A stretch of DNA of 64,000 nucleotides from an uncultured Erysipelotrichaceae bacterium. GTDB lineage: Bacteria > Bacillota_I > Bacilli_A > RFN20 > CAG-826. The stretch lies in NCBI GenBank assembly GCA_902769185.1, contig CACXNV010000007.1, positions 9,323-73,322 of the forward strand, given 5' to 3'. The translations under genes and the position numbers were made by a program. Below the pieces are notes generated by a model. The model was given only the letters and a program-made list of their open reading frames with translations. It was not told the DNA's origin and made no database searches. Below, piece by piece: positions 49,327 to 59,599 of this stretch (within the stretch, counting starts at the first letter, position 1; every line of letters starts with the position of its first letter).

Positions 49327-50412
49327 ATGGCAAGAATTTATAACTTTTCTGCTGGACCAGCAATGCTTCCAGAAGAAGTATTAAAAGAAGCAGCGGAAGA
49401 AATGCTTGATTACCGTGGATGTGGAATGTCCGTGATGGAGATGTCCCATAGATCTAAGGTTTATCAACAAATTATTGATGAAGCGGAAGCTGATTTACGT
49501 AAGTTAGTGGGTATCCCAGATAATTATCGTGTCTTATTCCTTCAAGGAGGAGCGACACTTCAATTTGGTATGATTCCAATGAACTTAATGACTGTTAATA
49601 AAAAAGCGGACTATATTCATTCTGGAGTTTGGACTAAAAAAGCCATGCAAGACGCTAAATTCTTTGGTCAAGTAAACGTCGCTGGAAGTAGTGAAGATGT
49701 CCAATTTAGAAGGGTTCCTGATGTGAAATCACTCAAATTAGACCCTGAAGCAGACTATGTTTATATGTGCGATAATAACACAATTTACGGAACTAAATTT
49801 AAAGAATATCCAGATACAGGTAAAGTTCCATTAATTTGTGATATGTCATCGTGTTTCTTATCTGAACCAATCGATGTTAAGAAGTTTGGTATGATTTACG
49901 CTGGAGCACAAAAGAACGTTGGTCCAGCTGGAGTCACTATCATTATTATTAGAGATGACTTAGTGGAACGTAGTAAAGAATTACCTCTTCCAGTATATTT
50001 AAGATACGCTCCACATGTGGAAAATGGCAGTATGTATAATACCCCACCAACTTATGGTATTTATATTTGCGGAAAAGTCTTTAAGTGGTTACTTGCTACT
50101 GGTGGACTTGAAAAGAGAAAAGAACTTAACGAAGCTAAAGCCAAAATCTTATATGACTATTTAGATAGTTCTTCGTTCTATAGACCAAGTGTCGAAAAAG
50201 ATTCACGTTCATTAATGAACGTAACATTTAGAACTCCAAGCGACGAGCTAGACGCTGAATTCTTAGAAGGTGCAAAAAAATATAAATTCACTAACTTAAA
50301 AGGTCATAGATCAACCGGTGGATTAAGAGCATCTATTTATAACGCGATGCCTATTGAAGGGGTTAAAGCTTTAGTGAAATATATGAAAGAGTTCGAAGAT
50401 GAACATAAATAG
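49327..50412 (+). CDS. serC: Phosphoserine aminotransferase
   Basis: 361 aa. YNFSAGPAMLPEEVL, GAQKNVGPAG (PLP lysine), KGHRSTGGLRASIYNA. Confidence 0.95.
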   Translation: MARIYNFSAGPAMLPEEVLKEAAEEMLDYRGCGMSVMEMSHRSKVYQQIIDEAEADLRKLVGIPDNYRVLFLQGGATLQFGMIPMNLMTVNKKADYIHSGVWTKKAMQDAKFFGQVNVAGSSEDVQFRRVPDVKSLKLDPEADYVYMCDNNTIYGTKFKEYPDTGKVPLICDMSSCFLSEPIDVKKFGMIYAGAQKNVGPAGVTIIIIRDDLVERSKELPLPVYLRYAPHVENGSMYNTPPTYGIYICGKVFKWLLATGGLEKRKELNEAKAKILYDYLDSSSFYRPSVEKDSRSLMNVTFRTPSDELDAEFLEGAKKYKFTNLKGHRSTGGLRASIYNAMPIEGVKALVKYMKEFEDEHK

Positions 50413-50420
50413 GTGAACTA

Positions 50421-51560
50421 ATGGAAAGAAAAATTTATTGTTTAAATAAAATCTCTAAGGTTGGTCTAGGTGTATTACCATCTAACTACAAAGTAGTAGA
50501 AGAATTAGAGGGAAGCGATGCAGTCTTAGTAAGAAGTGCGGCAATGCATGAAATGGATTTACCAGAATCTGTTAAATGTGTCGCTAGAGCGGGAGCAGGA
50601 GTCAATAATATTCCTTTAGATAAATATGCTGAAAAAGGTGTAGTTGTCTTTAACACTCCAGGAGCTAACGCTAATGCGGTTAAGGAATTAACAATTGCAA
50701 TGATGTTACTTGCTGCTAGAGATATTAGAGGTTCTATGGAATGGGTCAAAGAAAATAAAGGTGATCCAGAAATTAATAAGACCATGGAAAAAGCTAAATC
50801 AGCTTTTGCTGGTACTGAAATCTTAGGTAAAACTTTAGGTGTTATTGGTTGTGGCGCCATTGGTGCATTAGTAGCTGATGCAGCTAGTAAACTCGGCATG
50901 AAAGTAGTGGGTGTTGAACCTTCAACAAATACTAGAGAACGCTATAAAGATTTATTAGCAGGCGTCAAATTTGTTGAATTAGATGAATTACTTAAAGTCA
51001 GTGATTATATCACTGTTCACGTACCTCTTATGGACGCCACTCGCGGGATGATCAATAAAGATGCATTAGCCAAAGCTAAAGATGGAGTTATTGTTATTAA
51101 CGCTGCTAGAGATGCTTTAGTTAATGATGAAGATATGAAAGAAGCTTTAGCAACTGGTAAAGTTAGAAGATACGTTACTGATTTCCCTAATGCTAAAAGC
51201 GCTAATACTGAAGGTGTAGTTGCTATATCTCACTTAGGCGCTTCTACTGAAGAAGCTGAAGATAACTGTGCGATAATGGCGGCTAAACAAGTTGTCGAAT
51301 TTATCGAAAACGGAAATATTGTTAATTCAGTTAACTTCCCTAACTTAACTCTTGGTCCAAAAGCTGGTCCTAGATTAGTAGTGCTTACTAAAGGCGATGC
51401 TTCTGAAAAAGTATTAGAAGCAGTTAAAGCTGCTGGAGGAAAAGTCAATAAATTTGTTTCTGGTGTTAAGGGTGCTTATGGAGCAGTTCTACTTGAATTA
51501 AGTGAGGAAGTTAAAGCATTACCTTCCATTCCTGAAGCTATCAAAGTATTAGCTAGATAA
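50421..51560 (+). CDS. serA: D-3-phosphoglycerate dehydrogenase
   Basis: 379 aa. 2-hydroxyacid dehydrogenase fold; NAD motif GVIGCGAIG; catalytic HLGAST; short ACT-like C-terminus. Confidence 0.88.
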   Translation: MERKIYCLNKISKVGLGVLPSNYKVVEELEGSDAVLVRSAAMHEMDLPESVKCVARAGAGVNNIPLDKYAEKGVVVFNTPGANANAVKELTIAMMLLAARDIRGSMEWVKENKGDPEINKTMEKAKSAFAGTEILGKTLGVIGCGAIGALVADAASKLGMKVVGVEPSTNTRERYKDLLAGVKFVELDELLKVSDYITVHVPLMDATRGMINKDALAKAKDGVIVINAARDALVNDEDMKEALATGKVRRYVTDFPNAKSANTEGVVAISHLGASTEEAEDNCAIMAAKQVVEFIENGNIVNSVNFPNLTLGPKAGPRLVVLTKGDASEKVLEAVKAAGGKVNKFVSGVKGAYGAVLLELSEEVKALPSIPEAIKVLAR

Positions 51561-51570
51561 TTTATCTATA

Positions 51571-51606
51571 AAGCAGATGTTAGAAATTTTAGCGTCTGCT
51601 TTTTTG
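51571..51606 (+). terminator. Rho-independent terminator of the ser operon
   Basis: AAGCAGATG-N13-CGTCTGCTT (one G-U pair) followed by TTTTT. Confidence 0.7.
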
Positions 51607-51672
51607 CTGATTGAATCATAATAAAAGTGAACTATAATATAGTCGAAAATTAAAAAGGAGATTTTTAAATAT

Positions 51673-52884
51673 ATGAAAAAAAGATTATTAATGGTTGTTC
51701 CAGTATTAGCGTTATTAACTAGCTGTGGAGAAACCGACCCAATGGATGCAGTAAGAAAAACACTTCCGGATGATGTTAGTGTAGTTGATCCTGCAAAAGA
51801 AGAAGAAGGTGTTGTTGAAGGATATATTGATGATGCTTTTAAAGAAATGCTAAATGTATCCGAAATGCGTTCAGTCTATCATTTAGCTGCTGATCTATCT
51901 GTTTCAACTTCGGTTGCTGTCGAAAACGTTACTTATGGAGGTAATGTTAGACTTAAAGGTGACTTATATTTTGGATTTGAAACTGTGACTACTGAAGATG
52001 AAAAATCCTATTCATCGATATTCTTAGATTTAGATAACTTCACTCTTAATTCTCATTTAAATTTACCTGATGAAGTTAAAGAAAAGATGCCTATTCCAGA
52101 AGATATTGCCTTTAACAACGTTAATTTATCTGTCTATGCCACTGAATTAGAAGATGGTACAGTTGCCTATTTTGATTTATCAAATCCTGTTCTTCAAGAT
52201 TATATAAAAACTGAACTCGATTTAACCGAAATGCCAGAAGAACAAATTGAAACAACGCTTGATTCTTTACTTGGAGAAAAAATAGAAGGCAGTGAATATC
52301 GTCCAGGATTTGCTCTTGTTAATGTCACTAAATTACTTGAAAGTATTAATGAAGCTAGAGTGGCAGAAGGCGCTGAAGCAATGGAAGAACAAGAAATGTT
52401 ACATCCAATTACCGCAATTCTAACTTTCGCTCAAGAATTCGTTGGTCAAATTGAAACAAGCATGAATGAATTTGTGAGTGAATTCCTTCCATTTGTCTCC
52501 CCAATTGTCGGTGTTAAGATGTCTGAAGCTGGTGAAGGCGTTGAAGGATTAGATAAAACATCTATCGCTATTAATGTTAGTAGTGCACAAATTGCTGCTG
52601 CTTTAGAAATTCCACCAGAATATATGCCTGTAAATGGTGTAGCTGGCTTATTAGTGAGTGTCGGCATGGATAAAGGTTCTGAAGATTATGCATTAGAAGA
52701 AATTAGTTTATCCGCTAATGTTTCTGGGTCAATTGAAGAAGTTTCCTTTGCTATTAATGGTTCAGTTAGTTTAACCGCTTTATATAACGAACAAGCAACA
52801 ATGAAAGTATTAGGCGAAACAGAAAAACCAAATTATGCTGATGTTACTGCTTCAGTATATGGCATAATTTCTAATATGCTATAA
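51673..52884 (+). CDS. Acidic lipoprotein of unknown function
   Basis: 403 aa. MKKRLLMVVPVLALLTSCGE (lipobox LTSC). Glu/Asp-rich mature part. Confidence 0.75.
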   Translation: MKKRLLMVVPVLALLTSCGETDPMDAVRKTLPDDVSVVDPAKEEEGVVEGYIDDAFKEMLNVSEMRSVYHLAADLSVSTSVAVENVTYGGNVRLKGDLYFGFETVTTEDEKSYSSIFLDLDNFTLNSHLNLPDEVKEKMPIPEDIAFNNVNLSVYATELEDGTVAYFDLSNPVLQDYIKTELDLTEMPEEQIETTLDSLLGEKIEGSEYRPGFALVNVTKLLESINEARVAEGAEAMEEQEMLHPITAILTFAQEFVGQIETSMNEFVSEFLPFVSPIVGVKMSEAGEGVEGLDKTSIAINVSSAQIAAALEIPPEYMPVNGVAGLLVSVGMDKGSEDYALEEISLSANVSGSIEEVSFAINGSVSLTALYNEQATMKVLGETEKPNYADVTASVYGIISNML

Positions 52885-52898
52885 TTTGTTAACAAATT

Positions 52899-52927
52899 AA
52901 AGGAGCGATTTCTCACTCCTTTTATTT
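52899..52927. terminator. Bidirectional terminator between the lipoprotein gene and arcC
   Basis: AAAGGAG-N10-CTCCTTT with T-rich tails on both strands. Confidence 0.6.
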
Positions 52928-52941
52928 TGCTTGTTTTGTTG

Positions 52942-53859
52942 TTATTTAATAATTGTTCCGCTTTTTTCCTCGAATGCTTTTTCTGCATTTTCAAGTGCAG
53001 CAATAATAGCTTTCTTTCCAGGACATCTAGATAAGAATTTAACACAAGCATTCACTTTTGGATACATGCTACCTTTAGCAAAATAGTCACCTTTTAAATA
53101 TTCTTTAATTTGTTCTAAAGAAACATCTTTTAATTTGATTTCATCTGGTTGCTTGTAGTTGATACAAACGTTATCAATAGCGGTTAAGATTACTAAGTAA
53201 TCTGCTCCAACAAGCTCACCAACTAAAGCGGAAGCATAGTCTTTATCAATAACCGCAGCAACGCCTTCAAGTTTATTTCCTTCTTTAATAACAGGGATAC
53301 CGCCTCCACCTGCACAGATAACCACATTTCCGGCTTTTACTAATTGAGAAATAACTTCTTTTTCTTCAATATCAATTGGAAGTGGGGAAGGAACTACTCT
53401 TCTATAGCCTCTACCAGCGTCTTCTTTAACGGTCCAACCTTTTTCTTTAGCAACTTTTTCAGCTTCTTCTTTTGACATAAATCCACCGACAGGCTTAGAA
53501 GGATTTTGGAATAGTGGGTCATTTTTGTCTACGACAACTTGAGTGATCACTGTAGCGACATTTCTTTTCACACCTTGAGCTTTTAATTCATTTTGTAAAG
53601 CATTTTGTAAGTGGAAACCAATATAGCCTTGTGACATTGCTCCACATTCTGGGAACGGCATATCTGGAACGCTCTTAGCGTCAGTAAAAGCATTATTAAT
53701 CATTCCTACTTGTGGTCCATTACCGTGGACAATAACCACTTCGTGACCATCTTTCATGAGTTTAACAATGTATTTAGCAACATTGCTCACTAAAACTTTT
53801 TGTTCTTCGGCGTTATTACCTAAAGCATTACCGCCTAAGCTAACTACATATCTAGACAT
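52942..53859 (-). CDS. arcC: Carbamate kinase
   Basis: 305 aa. VVSLGGNAL, VIVHGNGPQVG, ICAGGGGIPV. Confidence 0.93.
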   Translation of the reverse strand: MSRYVVSLGGNALGNNAEEQKVLVSNVAKYIVKLMKDGHEVVIVHGNGPQVGMINNAFTDAKSVPDMPFPECGAMSQGYIGFHLQNALQNELKAQGVKRNVATVITQVVVDKNDPLFQNPSKPVGGFMSKEEAEKVAKEKGWTVKEDAGRGYRRVVPSPLPIDIEEKEVISQLVKAGNVVICAGGGGIPVIKEGNKLEGVAAVIDKDYASALVGELVGADYLVILTAIDNVCINYKQPDEIKLKDVSLEQIKEYLKGDYFAKGSMYPKVNACVKFLSRCPGKKAIIAALENAEKAFEEKSGTIIK

Positions 53860-53937
53860 TTCTTTTTACCTCGAGAAAATAATATACCCTTTCGAGATAT
53901 TAATGAATAAATAAACAAAAAATAGTAATATAAACGT

Positions 53938-54693
53938 ATGTACCCAAATTTATTTGGAATTGATGGATTTTCTATGGTAGTGATGATCATTCTTGGAGTG
54001 ATCGCCGCGAGCGTGATTTTCTTTATCTATTTATCTAAAAACGGAGTGGAGAAGAAATCATTTTTAGATTTATCAATTGTGATTATTGTTACTGTTATTG
54101 TTGGAATTATCTTTGCTATTTTAGTGGAGAATGTTTATGAAGCAATTAAAGCTTCCATACACGGAACTTCTCCTCACTGGACTTGGGCGATGACTTTCTA
54201 TGGAGGGTTAGTGTTTGGTATACCTGCCTTTATATTAACGTACTGCTTCTATTACTTAAGAAATAATCCTCCAATATTTAAAAAGATATTAGTGATTGCT
54301 CCAGGGTGTGTCGCTATAGGACATGGCTTTGGTAGAATTGGTTGCTTTTTAAGCGGATGTTGTTACGGTATTACCACTCACACTCATCTAGATATTAATT
54401 TTCCAGGTATTGGAGAGCACCTACCAACTCAGCTCATTGAGATGACTTTTCTATTCATTTTAGGGGCGCTCCTACTTGTTTTCGCCTTTAAACACTATAC
54501 AAATTACACAGCGGTTATATATTTGTTCGCCTATTCTATATTCCGTTTCGTTATTGAATTTTTTAGAGGAGATGAAAGAGGACAATTAGCTGGATTATCA
54601 CCTTCTCAATATTGGTGTATCGTTCTATTTTTAGGGGCGGGTTTGTTAATATATTTATATAAGAAGAAAGTGTTTGTAAAAGATGAAATTTAG
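53938..54693 (+). CDS. lgt: Prolipoprotein diacylglyceryl transferase
   Basis: 251 aa. Signature GRIGCFLSGCCYG; FRFVIEFFRGD. Confidence 0.9.
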   Translation: MYPNLFGIDGFSMVVMIILGVIAASVIFFIYLSKNGVEKKSFLDLSIVIIVTVIVGIIFAILVENVYEAIKASIHGTSPHWTWAMTFYGGLVFGIPAFILTYCFYYLRNNPPIFKKILVIAPGCVAIGHGFGRIGCFLSGCCYGITTHTHLDINFPGIGEHLPTQLIEMTFLFILGALLLVFAFKHYTNYTAVIYLFAYSIFRFVIEFFRGDERGQLAGLSPSQYWCIVLFLGAGLLIYLYKKKVFVKDEI

Positions 54694-55435
54694 ATTTTCT
54701 GATTTATTAATATTTGCCTTACTTTTTATCTTTGTTGCGGCTTTTCCAGTTGATTATTTTCATATTGATCCAATTTATGAATATGTGATTAGGATTTCTT
54801 TATTAGCCCTCATTCTTATTTATTACATCTATGTCTGCTACATCAATCATATCAATATTTTTAAATTTTATAACTTAAAGAGGATGCTTTTATTTGCTCC
54901 ATTTTTATTGGTTTGTTTTTCTAATTTGATCGCTACTGGAATTGATGGAAGTTATGGAGCTACCTCTATTTCAAATGAACTATTCGCAGTGATGATTATT
55001 TATCACTTCTTACAAGCGATTAGCGAAGAATTCTTATTCCGTTTATTTATCCAAGGGTCTTTAATTAGAGTTGGCTCTATTAAAAGAATTATATATGGGG
55101 CGTTAATTTTTGCATTGTTCCATCTACTCAATATGGTGAGTATTAGAACTGTGGATCAATTAGTAAATGTTTTAATCCAAGTAGCATATAGTTTTGGTTT
55201 AGGAATCCTTTTAGGATTTGTCTATGAATATACATATTCTCTACCAGCTTGTATCTTCTTACATTTTGCTTTTAATTTCTTTAACACAGTACTATATCGA
55301 TATTTAGGATGTGTAATCAATAATGATGCTTCTTATTATTTAACCGCGGTCGTTATTGCCTTGGTTTTAGCGATTTATACTTTCTTGATCTATTGGTTTG
55401 TTTTAAGAAGAAACGATCGTTATTTTAAAGAGTAA
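54683..55435 (+). CDS. CPBP-family (CAAX/Abi) intramembrane glutamic protease
   Basis: 250 aa. Motifs EEFLFRLF, FALFH, HFAFN. 11-nt overlap with lgt. Confidence 0.85.
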   Translation: MKFRFSDLLIFALLFIFVAAFPVDYFHIDPIYEYVIRISLLALILIYYIYVCYINHINIFKFYNLKRMLLFAPFLLVCFSNLIATGIDGSYGATSISNELFAVMIIYHFLQAISEEFLFRLFIQGSLIRVGSIKRIIYGALIFALFHLLNMVSIRTVDQLVNVLIQVAYSFGLGILLGFVYEYTYSLPACIFLHFAFNFFNTVLYRYLGCVINNDASYYLTAVVIALVLAIYTFLIYWFVLRRNDRYFKE

Positions 55436-55474
55436 ACATTGAATATTCCCTAATTATAAATATATAATTATTTC

Positions 55475-56023
55475 ATGGCGGAATGCATTATCTTAGCCGG
55501 TGGCAAGTCCACAAGAATGGGCACTAATAAGATGCTTTTAGATTATAAAGGGCATCCATTACTTTGGTATACCATCCAAAGTGTGAAGCCATTTGTAAAT
55601 AGAATCATCGTGGTCACTGGTAAATATGATCAAGAAATTAGAGAAGCTTTAAAAGAAGAAAAAGTTGAATTTGTTTATAACAAAGACTATGAACTAGGAA
55701 TGTTTTCTAGTGTATTAACCGGGGTAAAAGAGACTAAAGATGACTTTATGGTTATTCCTGGAGATTGTCCTTTTATTAAAAAGAAAACATTTAAAAAAAT
55801 CTTAGAGGGAACAGGAGATATTCGATATCCAAAATGTGGAGATTTAGAAGGTCATCCCCTTTATATATCTCAGAAATATAAAGATGAATTACTGCATTTT
55901 GGATTAGATAATAATCTAAAAATGTTTCGTGATAGCAAAAAATGTGAAATAATAATTGTTGAAGACAAAAACATAAGTATGAATCTAAATAATATTTTAG
56001 ATTTTTCTAGTTTGAATATTTAA
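55475..56023 (+). CDS. mocA: MobA/MocA-like molybdenum cofactor nucleotidyltransferase
   Basis: 182 aa. ILAGGKSTRMG..K; IPGDCPF. Confidence 0.8.
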   Translation: MAECIILAGGKSTRMGTNKMLLDYKGHPLLWYTIQSVKPFVNRIIVVTGKYDQEIREALKEEKVEFVYNKDYELGMFSSVLTGVKETKDDFMVIPGDCPFIKKKTFKKILEGTGDIRYPKCGDLEGHPLYISQKYKDELLHFGLDNNLKMFRDSKKCEIIIVEDKNISMNLNNILDFSSLNI

Positions 56024-56036
56024 TGAAGGAGATAGT

Positions 56037-56819
56037 ATGAAAGTTAATGAATACTACCGAGCCTCTTCTTTAGAAGATGCTTATCAAAAACTTCAAGCCT
56101 CACCAAAAAACGCGATTGTCGCTGGTGGACTTTGGATGAAGAAAATGGGTCAAAGTTATGACTCATTAATTGATTTATCAAAACTAGGTTTAGATAAGAT
56201 TAGTGAAACTAAAGATGAAGTGATAGTTGGTTCAATGGTCAGCCAACGTGATTTTGAAGATTCCAAAATCGTTTCTTTTTTATTCGCGGGCGCACCTGCA
56301 TTCGCAGTGAGAGAAGTGATGGGAGTGAATTTTAGAAACCTCGCTACTATTGGTGGATCCATCATGGGAAGATATCCTTTCTCTGATGTGATTACTGGAT
56401 TACTTCCTTACGATGTCACTCTTGAATTCTATCCAGCACAAAAGATGTCCTTAGAAGAATACTTAAACTATAAGGGTAAATTGAACGCTATCTTAGTGGC
56501 TATTCATATTAAAAAAGGTGAAGGAAAAGGCTTCTTTAAGAAAGTAAAAACTACCGCCTTAGATTTCCCAATTGTGAATATTGCAGTCGCTAAAGTTAAT
56601 AAAGAGTATCGTGTTGTAGTTGGCGCTAGACCAATGGTCGCTGCTAGAAGCTATAAAGCGATGGAATATTTAAATAATGGAGGTAAAGATTTTGCTAAAG
56701 CCGCAGAGTTAGCGGTTGAAGAACTTTCCTTCATGGATAATAAAGATGCCTCTAAAGAGTATCGTGTTGACTTAGCAAAAGTCTATGTGAGAAGAGGACT
56801 TGAGGAGGTCAGCAAATAA
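56037..56819 (+). CDS. Molybdo-flavoenzyme FAD-binding subunit (YgfM/XdhB/CoxM-like)
   Basis: 260 aa. AIVAGGLWM, ATIGGSIMG FAD-binding elements. Confidence 0.85.
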   Translation: MKVNEYYRASSLEDAYQKLQASPKNAIVAGGLWMKKMGQSYDSLIDLSKLGLDKISETKDEVIVGSMVSQRDFEDSKIVSFLFAGAPAFAVREVMGVNFRNLATIGGSIMGRYPFSDVITGLLPYDVTLEFYPAQKMSLEEYLNYKGKLNAILVAIHIKKGEGKGFFKKVKTTALDFPIVNIAVAKVNKEYRVVVGARPMVAARSYKAMEYLNNGGKDFAKAAELAVEELSFMDNKDASKEYRVDLAKVYVRRGLEEVSK

Positions 56820-57268
56820 TGTTAGTGAAATTTTATTTAAATGACACTTTAGTGTCATATGATGTGAGACCAGATGAATATCTTTCCGAGACCTTACGAA
56901 GTCATGGAATTAAATCTGTTAAAGTTGGTTGTAATGAATCTACTTGTGGTAGCTGTACTCTTCTAGTTGAAGGAAAACCAGTGATGTCTTGTAGTGTTCT
57001 TACTGCTTCTATTGAAAATAAACACGTTACTACCGTAGAAGGTATACAAGAAGAAGCCGCTAAAATCGCTTATCATTTTGCAGAAGAAGGAGCAGATCAA
57101 TGTGGTTTCTGTAATGTTGGATATGCCTTAGTGGTTTATTCCCTTAAGAAAACTATTAAAAATCCAACTGACGAACAAATTGTAGATTATATCGTTGGCA
57201 ATTTATGCCGCTGCAGTGGGCTCCAAAGTCAGCTTAACGCTATTAAAGCCTACCTTAAGGAGGAATAA
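56819..57268 (+). CDS. Molybdo-flavoenzyme [2Fe-2S] subunit
   Basis: 149 aa. Plant-type CNESTCGSCTLL...C and second cluster QCGFCNVG...CRCSG. Confidence 0.9.
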   Translation: MLVKFYLNDTLVSYDVRPDEYLSETLRSHGIKSVKVGCNESTCGSCTLLVEGKPVMSCSVLTASIENKHVTTVEGIQEEAAKIAYHFAEEGADQCGFCNVGYALVVYSLKKTIKNPTDEQIVDYIVGNLCRCSGLQSQLNAIKAYLKEE

Positions 57269-57270
57269 TT

Positions 57271-59598
57271 ATGGCTATCGATAAGAAAAATATGAAAGTT
57301 GTTAATAACAAAACCCACTCTATTGACGGCACCGCCTTAATGCAAGGTAAGGGCAAATACACTGATGATCTTGCTGAACAAGGTTCTTTAGTCATTAAGA
57401 TTTTAAGATCGCCACACGCTTTTGCTCATATTAAATCTATAGATGTGAGTGAAGCTCAAAAATTAAATGGAGTAGCGTTAGTACTTACTTATAAAGATGT
57501 TCCTCATGTCTCCTTTTCTAGAGCAGGACAAGGTTATCCAGAACCATCTCCACATGATAAGTTCATCTTAGATGAATATGTGAGATACGTAGGGGATGAA
57601 GTAGCAATGGTCGCGGCCATTGATGAAAGAGTCGCTGAAGACGCTCTTAAATTAATCAAAGTGGAATATGAAGTTTTAGAACCTGTTTTAGATTTTGAAA
57701 CAGCATATGAGAATAAATCAGTTATCCATCCAGAAGACGGTATTAAAGAGATGTTCCCAATTGGATTTGATCCTAAAAAGAATGTTGCGGCTAGTTACGA
57801 GATGCAAGTTGGTGATGTCGAAAAAGAACTTGCTAAATCTGATGTCGTTGTCGATGAAACTTTCTATTCTCAAGCTCAAGCCCACGCGATGCTAGAAACA
57901 CATTCTAGTAACGCTAGACTTGATATACATAATCGATTAGTCATTTATTCTTCTACTCAAACTCCATTCCATATGAGAAGAATTATGGCCACAACCTTAG
58001 GTTTACCAGTTTCTAAAATTAGATTTATTAAACCTCGTGTTGGTGGTGGCTTTGGTGGTAAACAAGCATTCCATGGAGAAATGTTCTGTGCTTTAACTAC
58101 ATTAAAAACAGGTAGACCATCTAAATTAGTTTATACCAGAGAAGAAGTCTTTGGTGCTTCTTATACTCGTCACCCTATGCGTATCCGTATGCGTGTTGGT
58201 GCGATGAAAGATGGCAGAATTAACGCGATTGATTGCCGCAGTTTAAGCGATACTGGAGCGTACGGCGAACATAGCTTAACCGTTTTTATGATTGTCGGTA
58301 GTAAAGTTTTACCTTTATATAATAAAGTTGACGCGGTGAGATATGGTGGACTTGTTGTCTATACTAACCACGTTCCTGCTGGAGCGTATCGAGGATATGG
58401 TGCAATTCAAGGTAACTATGCTTTAGAGTCTACAATTGATATCTTAGCGGAAAAACTTGGCATGGATCCAAAAGTTCTACGTGAAAAGAACTCCATGAAA
58501 GAAAAAGAAACTTCCCCAATCTTTGAGATTATGGGTGAAGGTACTAAAGGTACTGCGATGATTATGGAATCTTGTAAACTTCCATATTGTATTAAGCGTG
58601 GTGCGGAATTAATTGATTGGAATAAAAATTGGCCAAGAGTCAAAGTTAGTGACACTAAAGTTAGAGGATATGGCATGGCTATTGCTATGCAAGGTAGTGG
58701 TATTCCATTTATGGATATGGGTAGCTGCTCTATTAAACTCAATGATGGTGGTAGCTATAACGTTACTGTCGGAGCCACTGATATTGGTCAAGGTAGTGAT
58801 ACTTTAATTGCCCAAATCGTCGCTGAAGAATTACAAACCTCAGTAGATAATATTTTGGTTTATTCTTCTGATACAGACTTAACTCCATTTGATTGTGGCG
58901 CTTATGCTTCTTCTACCACTTATATTAGTGGTAATGCAGCCTGGAGAGCCGCGATTAAAATGAGAGAAAGATTAATTAAAGAAGCAGCGGAATATCTTGG
59001 AGAAAAACCTGAAAATGTTGAATTTGATGGTAAGATCTTTACAAGTAAAGATAAAACTGTTTCATTATATGATTTATCAGTTCAATGGTTATATAACAAA
59101 AACTTACATCAAGCTAGTGTGACTGAATCCTATTTTGGTCACGTTTCTCCTCCTCCATTTATGGCAGCTTATGCAGAAGTAGAAGTTGATTTAGAAACTG
59201 GTGAATATGAAGTTTTAAATTATGTCACTGTTACTGATTGTGGCACCACCATTAACCCAATGTTGGCAAGAGGCCAAGTTGAAGGCGGTATTGTTCAAGG
59301 CTTAGGTATGGCCTGCTACGAAGACGTTAAATACGATAAGAAAGGTAATTTATTATCTAATAGCTTCCTTAGTTATCACATTCCAACTCATAAAGAGATT
59401 CATAAATTAACAAGTGAATTTGCGGATTCCTATGAACCTACTGGTCCATTTGGTGCGAAGTCTGTTGGTGAAATTGGTATTGATACACCTCCAGCAGTCA
59501 TTTGTAACGCGATTTATAACGCCACTGGAGTTAGAGTTCATACTCTTCCAATTACTCCAGAAAAGATCTTAAAAGGACTTAAAGAATTAAAGAAATAA
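57271..59598 (+). CDS. Xanthine dehydrogenase-family molybdopterin-binding large subunit
   Basis: 775 aa. a/b-hammerhead N-domain, VGGGFGGK, Mo-site region GAYRGYG. Substrate not assignable from sequence. Confidence 0.9.
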   Translation: MAIDKKNMKVVNNKTHSIDGTALMQGKGKYTDDLAEQGSLVIKILRSPHAFAHIKSIDVSEAQKLNGVALVLTYKDVPHVSFSRAGQGYPEPSPHDKFILDEYVRYVGDEVAMVAAIDERVAEDALKLIKVEYEVLEPVLDFETAYENKSVIHPEDGIKEMFPIGFDPKKNVAASYEMQVGDVEKELAKSDVVVDETFYSQAQAHAMLETHSSNARLDIHNRLVIYSSTQTPFHMRRIMATTLGLPVSKIRFIKPRVGGGFGGKQAFHGEMFCALTTLKTGRPSKLVYTREEVFGASYTRHPMRIRMRVGAMKDGRINAIDCRSLSDTGAYGEHSLTVFMIVGSKVLPLYNKVDAVRYGGLVVYTNHVPAGAYRGYGAIQGNYALESTIDILAEKLGMDPKVLREKNSMKEKETSPIFEIMGEGTKGTAMIMESCKLPYCIKRGAELIDWNKNWPRVKVSDTKVRGYGMAIAMQGSGIPFMDMGSCSIKLNDGGSYNVTVGATDIGQGSDTLIAQIVAEELQTSVDNILVYSSDTDLTPFDCGAYASSTTYISGNAAWRAAIKMRERLIKEAAEYLGEKPENVEFDGKIFTSKDKTVSLYDLSVQWLYNKNLHQASVTESYFGHVSPPPFMAAYAEVEVDLETGEYEVLNYVTVTDCGTTINPMLARGQVEGGIVQGLGMACYEDVKYDKKGNLLSNSFLSYHIPTHKEIHKLTSEFADSYEPTGPFGAKSVGEIGIDTPPAVICNAIYNATGVRVHTLPITPEKILKGLKELKK

Positions 59599-59599
59599 T

